Assembly: GCA_012295275.1 (NCBI GenBank)
Contig: CM022665.1
Coordinates: forward strand, 36,394,001-36,458,000
Origin: Chrysomallon squamiferum
Taxonomy: Eukaryota > Animalia > Mollusca
Length of the DNA: 64,000 nt
Direction: 5' to 3'
How positions within the stretch are numbered: the stretch's first letter is position 1; every line of letters starts with the position of its first letter. This document shows, in pieces, positions 57,001-64,000 of this stretch. The notes beneath the pieces are model-generated. The model was given only the letters and a program-made list of their open reading frames with translations. It did not search any database and was not told where the DNA came from. A program made the position numbers and the translations under genes.

Positions 57001-57934
57001 ATACCATATTTTTTTGTTCGTCATTTTAAAGTGAAGTAGCGTTACTTTGGGGCACACTGGGAAATGGGAAATTTCCTGGGATCCCGATGGGCCAGTTCGC
57101 CCCTGCCAATGAGCGTAGCCTTCTCATTTCCGATTTCTTTTCAAATGACTTCGCGTACTGAAAATAATTTTTAATTTAAACATGTGTCATATTACAGGAT
57201 GAAGACAAACACATTTAATTTTATTTTTTACGTATTGGTATTTTATATAAGTCTTCAGTAACAAATCTCAAACACAAAAGCAGAGTACGTTTATCTTCTA
57301 AATGATTCTCCTGTGTAATTTCGCGTAATCCTTTTGTTTGATAAAAGGAAAATATTTTTTCTCTTTTCGATAATATAAATTAAAAGTGTATAACGGCTGA
57401 CATCCGGATATTAGTTTTATCACAGCCGCAGTCAAATTTACGTCCTTGAATCATTATCACTGACAGATGTTGAAGCTTGTGACAGAAGAAGTTATATTAC
57501 GAGGGAAGTAAACTTAATGACATGACGGTTCATTAATTGTCTTTCAGTTTCTGACCGTCAGCTTTATTAGAGAGATTATATATAATTATGGAAATCTGGA
57601 AACAAAATCTGAGAAACTAATACCAAGTTTATAAAACTTCAACGAGAAATTAACAGTATACATGAAGGAAATCAAATAATATAAAATTATGTAGTGTTTA
57701 ACTGATATTTAACAGCGCTGTGACACTAATTTATTGTTAAAGTGTTCCAGCTGTATTGTTAGTTCTATCTAGACTCCATCAGGAAATTGTTTAATCACAA
57801 ACGTGTTGATAAACCACTTGTTGGACAGGGCTTTGTAAATGTGGAGTGACATTTTGTTCCGCTCTAACAGACAGTTAAGTAAAAAGTTTTCGTTGGCCCG
57901 GGATTTCTGTGAGAACAGATGGAGTGTTAATCAA

Positions 57935-58048
57935 AAGACCACGATTAATTTATATACAAGCTTGGCATATGCTTTTCTGTCTATGGGTAGGAGTATATAA
58001 AAGGATCCCTTACTGCTAACTGGTGGATTGGCGAAAGCAGTTTGCCTA
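57935..58048 (+). mobile_element. SINE fragment (central domain)
   Basis: accacgattaatttatat...ggcatatgcttttctgtctatgggtaggagtatataaaaggatcccttactgcta matches the shared core. Confidence 0.55.
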
Positions 58049-58594
58049 TTCATCTTGGCATAAAAGAAACGTTTGATTTATGTCTAACATTAGTTTACAT
58101 TAATTACACATTAATTCTTACAATTCTTTATAATTACTGCCCTAAATTAACAAGACTTTGTGTGTTTATGTGTGTAAATAATTATGTGTGTTTATGTGCG
58201 TGTTTGTATGTGTGTTTATGTATGTGTGTGTGTGTATGTTGTAAAACGGAAGTAATATTTCTGTTCAGTATGGTTTGACTGTACGTTTATTTAATTAGAA
58301 ATTTCCCGCGGCCATTATTACGTATCAGCAAGGCAAGAAAGCTGCTAGGGCATAACCAAACAAAATTACAGTAAGAAAAAAGTTCAGCGTATAGTTCTAT
58401 TTTCAGAATCTTCACCGCTCGCTCAGCAGTTGAAAGAGTTCGATCTCAAATCACAGATGGCCTGATAACATTCTTCCGCGAGAAGGCGCAAGCAGTATTC
58501 GTCGACAAGTAATGAGAGAAGATGTAGCAGACGACAGTTCAAACGGTTGTCAGTTTTCAGCGCAGCTTTATATGGGAGAAAGAAGATCTAGTAA

Positions 58595-58605
58595 TATATA
58601 AAAAG
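58595..58605 (+). promoter_or_regulatory. TATA box candidate for the TMEM196-like gene
   Basis: TATATAAAAAG followed by GC-rich CGGCG, 380 nt upstream of the ATG. Confidence 0.5.
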
Positions 58606-58974
58606 CGGCGTGGATTGAAGAAGATGAAATCAGAGCAAAGAAACATTACCTTATTTTCAAACAGTTAAAAAGTGTTTGTTTTTTTAAATTTTTCCTGAGT
58701 ATATGTGTTCGTAGAACAAACAGCGTTTAAAGTGAATTTGTTCAACATTACAAAACTGGTAACATTTTTCTGAGTGTTAATCAAAACTGAACGTCTCATT
58801 CGAAGAATTTGTTTTTGCAACTCAAAAGACGAACAAAGATTGCTATTTCATAAAAAAAATTTAAAAAAATAAAAAAACACCAAATTTGTTTTGCAACCCC
58901 ACCAAATAAACAAAATCAGTTAAAAAAATAAACAACTTGTATACACTTTGGTGTTTGGATAAAACACACACATA

Positions 58975-59121
58975 ATGCGGCTCGTTGAAAAAGCTGTCTA
59001 CATCGTGTCCGGCTTTCACGGCTTCATAGGACTTCTGAGCGTCGTCATTGGCGTCATTTCCAGCATCAAAGCCGAAGTATGGCTCGCTCACAGAGTGTCG
59101 CCAATTTGGAGTGGAGCATTT
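58975..59121 (+). CDS. TMEM196: Transmembrane protein 196-like (MS4A/CD20-like four-TM), exon 1
   Basis: ATG 58975; MRLVEKAVYIVSGFHGFIGLLSVVIGVISSIKAEVWLAHRVSPIWSGAF. The SPIWSG motif matches TMEM196 SPVWSG as recalled. Donor TTT|GTAAGT, phase 0, 147 nt. Confidence 0.9.
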
Positions 59122-59344
59122 GTAAGTATTGAGATAATTCTTTTATTTACTTACATTGTATTATTGTTAATTCTTTTGTTTTTATAAACATACTTTTTCC
59201 ATTTTATTTTTCAGCTTACTGAATTATTATTTTATATCTTCATTATAGCTAGAATATATTTAAAATTGAATAATAATTATAATATGCATAAAAATATTTA
59301 TATTACAAATTTCTATGAAAATAACAACAGCAAAACATAAAAGT

Positions 59345-59410
<66 letters not shown>

Positions 59411-59586
59411 TCATCATCATCATTAACATCATTATGGTTTAAAGGAAAACCTGCTAAATGTATTTGGTCATGGAATGTAACGTGCTGTACTATAATTCAT
59501 AAATAATAACTCAAATAATATTGCCCTAAGGTCCTTGGCTTTTGCTCTTCGATATATTTTCTAAATTAATTAATTTATTTTTTCAG

Positions 59587-59643
59587 TTCATTATTACTGG
59601 GATCTTGGGTATCCTGTGTACAAGAAAAAAGTCTTCTTATGTG
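59587..59643 (+). CDS. TMEM196: TMEM196-like, exon 2 (not in ORF track)
   Basis: Acceptor tttattttttcag|; encodes FIITGILGILCTRKKSSYV, compare recalled TMEM196 FLLCGICGILCAKKKSGLV. Donor GTG|GTAAGT; 57 nt, phase 0/0. Confidence 0.92.
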
Positions 59644-59760
59644 GTAAGTTAATTATCGCTTGTTAATTCAGTAATTCATTCATTCTTTATTCTTTTGTTC
59701 GTACGTTTGTTCATTTATTCATCCAGTCTTTCATACTTTCATTCCATTACCATCATTTGT

Positions 59761-59827
<67 letters not shown>

Positions 59828-60494
59828 ATCTCTTTTCTTTTCAACTAATTTTCTAATGTTGCTTTTCTCTGTGCTTTCTTTTTCTCTCGTTAACGTTTAA
59901 ATATTTGATTGAATTCTAATGTTAAATGGTTTCTCCCTTCTTCTGCTTCTTTTTTTTTTTTTCTTTCTTTTCTTTTTATTTCCATTACTGCTTTTATTTA
60001 TTCTTTCTTTTTTGCAATTAAGTTTTTTTTTTTCACTGAACTTTCCATTCAGAGATTTTTCAGATGAGTTTTCAAAGCAATTTTCTCCGGGTACGTCATT
60101 AACACTGTCTAATTTGGTTTGGGAAGTTTTAAATCTAAATTAATTCTGCGTGTAAAATTTATCACGGATTCAATGAGAATGCCGTCCACGTAGCCGATGT
60201 CGCAACAGCGCTGTGATATAAATTGATACTAAGAAATGCCACAGCAATAGACGTTAAAATAATGTGGCGAATGATTTCAGATTTATTTATTTTTCATTTC
60301 CACTGTTCATTTCATTACGAAATGCAATTTCCTCTACTTAATAATTCATCGGAGTTGATGCGATGGCGGTGAAATATCCTTGGCAGTTCGTGTGAGTCCT
60401 TTTGCTTACAGCGTTCTTCTTTTTAGTATTCATCACTGAACATGGCTTTGTTTTTTCTTAACAAAAATGGGTTTTTAATATTGATGTTCAAATT

Positions 60495-60593
<99 letters not shown>

Positions 60594-61246
60594 AATACAA
60601 TGAGAATGAAGAACAAGAAATAGAACGTTATCTCTTCTCTTAAATAATTTAGTTTCAGTGTCCTTGGTAAGTAATTCGTTTATATTGTTTGCTTAGACAC
60701 TGAGGATTCTGCTATTTACTTATTCACTAATGTGTTTTCCTGATTAGACTTTTCAGTAGTATAATTATATTTGAAGCAAATTAACACATTTGCAGGTATA
60801 ACGAGAGTGAAAGATGGTCTGAGAGAAAAATTGACTGAAATGAGAAGATGAGATGAAATAAAAGAGAAGAAAAAAAATAATTCAATTTTAAAATAAATCT
60901 TCGAAATGTCCTTGGACTGCATTCGTTTTAATTTTAATTTTAATTTTATTTTTATAGTTATTTTTTATTTTTTTATTATATTCAAAGGTTTCTGTATCTG
61001 TAATTCCATATGCTTTTATTTTTCTTTAGTTTTTCTTTAGTTTTTTTATTCAGATTATTAATTTCAAATTGATACGAAATCTGACAATCAGTAATATAGA
61101 CACATTTTTTAAAGAAGAAAAAACAATGAATTGAACAGAATAAACGAGAAAGAATAAGCTAGACAGTCAAACAGAGGGACAGAGAGAAAGAGAGACAGAG
61201 AGATAGAGAGAAAGAGAGAGAGAGAGAGGGAGAGAGAGAGACAGAG

Positions 61247-61352
<106 letters not shown>

Positions 61353-63108
61353 TGAAGAACAAGTGGATAATTAAAAAATACAGTATTATCTGTCTAACAA
61401 TATAGCGTGATTGTAGCAATATCTAGCAGAGTCCACGAAAGACAAAGTATTGCCTTCTGCATTCACCAAGGAGTTTTCTTATTAGAATGTTCAGTTAAAT
61501 GTTGGAAGCTAAATAGACATATATTCATTCTCTGGAAAAGAATAAAAGATGGAATAAACAGACGAACTAAGACAGACAGTGGGACAGAATGAAAGAAGAA
61601 ATGCAATTTCCTCTGTTTAATTATTTAATGGTATTGGATGGTACGTTATCGCAGCGTCCTTGGACTTCAGTTCATTTAATCGTTTTTATTGAAATTTGCT
61701 AACAGCGTTCTTCCGTTTCTATGTTCGTCAGTCGATAGCTCGCATGATATTAATGGCTCACAGGGCAAAAGACTGAAAGAGAAAATAAAATGACATAATG
61801 ACAGAGAGAACAAGCTAAATAAACTATAATTGCATCCAACAGTAATAATTACATTTCAGTTACATCATTTTGTCTCTTTGTAACATCTACAAAACAAAAC
61901 TGTGACTATTAATTATATAATTTTTATTTATTTATGTTATTTTTATTTTTATTTTTTTATTTATTTATTTATTTATTTATTTGTTTCTTTCTTTATTTTT
62001 TTATTTCTTTTATTTTTTTAATCAGATTTTTACTCTTATTTCATGTGTCGTTTCACTCAAGAAACATTAAAACGTATTAAGTCCCATCCTTGACCTAACA
62101 GATTCACGAAAGTTTTGTTTCAAGTAGATGTTTCCTAACACGTCCACTCCACTTCAGAGTCGTAGCTAAACCCGCGCAGCCAAAGGCTTCGTAATAAAAT
62201 CACAGTCGCAGAAGTCTTTCATTTGATGTATGAGATTAATTTCCTCCGTTTTGTTAAGTGCACTAGTAACTGAAGATTTGTGTTTAAGCTTTATTTGGCA
62301 GATCCTCGCAGATCTGTACATGGAGATTTGCTTTACCAGTGACAATAGAGCAATCTTCAAAAGGCTGAATCGCGGTCATGGCTTCAGTATGATAACGATG
62401 GCGATAATGATAAGGATGATGATGATAACCATAAGTATTATGATGATGTTGATGAAGATAATGATCGTAATGTTGACGATGTAGACTATAACAACAATAA
62501 AAAAAAATTAAAGTTTCTAATTAATTTTACAGCAAACAAAATCAACAGACATACGTATAAGTTAGTAAGTGTATTGTGAAATGTTTTGTTTTGCGATGCC
62601 TGATATCGTTATCTCACAGATTTTATCAGGCTTTGAACACGAGTACCGTCTGATGCCATTCCAAATGTCGTTCATAACGATTAACATTATTTTATAAGAA
62701 CCTTTCTTGGTCTTGAAATAGTCATGAAATAATAAACAAATAAATTTGACAAAAATGACAGTCGAAGATATTGTGCCAATTATTTACTAACTGAAGTTTC
62801 TTTATTTTTATTTTCAGTCAATAAATGACTGCAGTCTCTGTCAGTCAGTCACGTTATTATTTTCATATTTTTTACTTTTTATTTATTTGTTTTTTGTTTA
62901 TTTCATTCATTTTAAATTATTATTATTATTTTTTTTTTTTTTTTTTTTTTTTTTTGTTATATTCATTTAAACTTTTTTATTTGTTTTTAATTATTATTAT
63001 TGTAATTTTTTAAATAATAAGTAATATGTTGTTGAATAAAAGAATATAATTAATTTGTACAGCCATATGTACACTTTAAACTGCAACAATTTTGTTATTC
63101 TCCTTCAG

Positions 63109-63444
63109 ATAATGTGTTTCACAGCTTTCTCCGTGGTGTCGCTGGTTACAGCAGTGGTGAGCATTCAGCTGCTCCGGCTCGGGCTCATCAACCACACAAC
63201 TGACGGCCACACCTTCCAGAAGAAGAAAAAAGACGTGCTCATCTTCATCGCTCTCGGCACCGCCGGCTTCGAGTGTTTGATATGTATAATTTCCACCGTG
63301 ATCAGCTGCCGAATTGCCAAGGTAGTGAAAGAGGAACTGTGCAAGCAAAGAGAAGGAATGTTTCACGTGAAGGTACTAGGTCAGAAAGACATTGTCGTTG
63401 TTTCCAAGCCCCTCACAGAAAAGGACGACCTCACAGCCGTGTGA
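63109..63444 (+). CDS. TMEM196: TMEM196-like, exon 3 (TM3, TM4, cytoplasmic tail, stop)
   Basis: Acceptor ttattctccttcag|; IMCFTAFSVVSLVTAVVSIQLLR...IISTVISCRIA...QREGMFH...DDLTAV-stop, with two hydrophobic segments. Total protein is 179 aa. Confidence 0.9.
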   Translation: MMCFTAFSVVSLVTAVVSIQLLRLGLINHTTDGHTFQKKKKDVLIFIALGTAGFECLICIISTVISCRIAKVVKEELCKQREGMFHVKVLGQKDIVVVSKPLTEKDDLTAV

Positions 63445-63723
63445 ATCGTTTTCTATTAATTTGAAAACGATTTCCTAATCTTACCTTGCTTCACCTGGAC
63501 ATCACCACCTCGTCTCTTCCTGGCTTCAGTGTACTCCTCGCTTTAAATATAAATATATATATATATATAAATATATATTTATATACGTCACCTACCTGCT
63601 TTGACTGTCACCTTCTCCAACCAAAGTAGAAGCTTCAGAAAGACCTAAGGTCAGCCACCAGAAGTCGCTAGCGTAGAGAATTATTTTTAATTGAACATTC
63701 AAGTTTTGTTGTTTGCTATTTAG

Positions 63724-64000
63724 GATTTTGATGCCAATGTGGACAACACAGCAGATGACGACGATCTCGTTGTCGACGACGACTGCATCGACTTAGATGT
63801 ATTGACACCACGCACTGCTGAAAGAACTCAGAACCAAAGACCACCGTTAAAAGTTGAAGATTTCATTCGGGCGAGGGAAGACTCTGATCGTACGCAAAAA
63901 GTTTCAGATTCCGAAGATTTTGTCTCCGATACATCCAAAGCTATCGATACGATTACATCGGGTTTAATAAGCGATTTCAAATACCATGTAGATTTTAATG
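63724..64000 (+). CDS. Putative coding exon, acidic, truncated by window end; possible alternative TMEM196 C-terminus or exon of another gene
   Basis: Acceptor-like ttttgttgtttgctatttag| at 63723, then 92 stop-free, non-repetitive codons: DFDANVDNTADDDDLVVDDDCIDLDVLTPRTAERTQNQRPPLKVEDFIRAREDSDRTQKVSDSEDFVSDTSKAIDTITSGLISDFKYHVDFN. Confidence 0.6.

Noticed and set aside
58861-59091. Minus-strand ORFs overlapping TMEM196 exons (also 63076-63366)
   Set aside because: They are antisense shadows of real coding exons.

Overview
AT-rich, microsatellite-dense eukaryotic DNA with spliceosomal introns. It is probably molluscan, an inference from a degenerate tRNA-derived SINE family that I recognise from memory only. 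No prokaryotic systems or CRISPR arrays are present, and almost all supplied ORFs are microsatellite artefacts. Three protein-coding genes can be built by hand. (1) A minus-strand, 241-aa EGFR/ErbB-ligand-type EGF gene (coding exons 30508-29874 and 16738-16648, probable 3'UTR exon from 11388) with signal peptide, furin site and one EGF domain but no transmembrane anchor. (2) A minus-strand, intronless, 530-aa very basic Ser/Arg/Lys-rich protein (52961-51369) with an 8-aa repeat, two PP1-docking RVxF motifs and CRE sites upstream. (3) A plus-strand TMEM196-like gene (58975-59121, 59587-59643, 63109-63444; 179 aa), followed by an unannotated acidic open frame running off the window end that may be an alternative C-terminus. 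Also present: a duplicated splice acceptor in the EGF intron, an orphan exon-like segment at 44.1 kb, several SINE relics, degenerate minisatellites and candidate regulatory motifs. All family assignments are by eye; no database searches were run.
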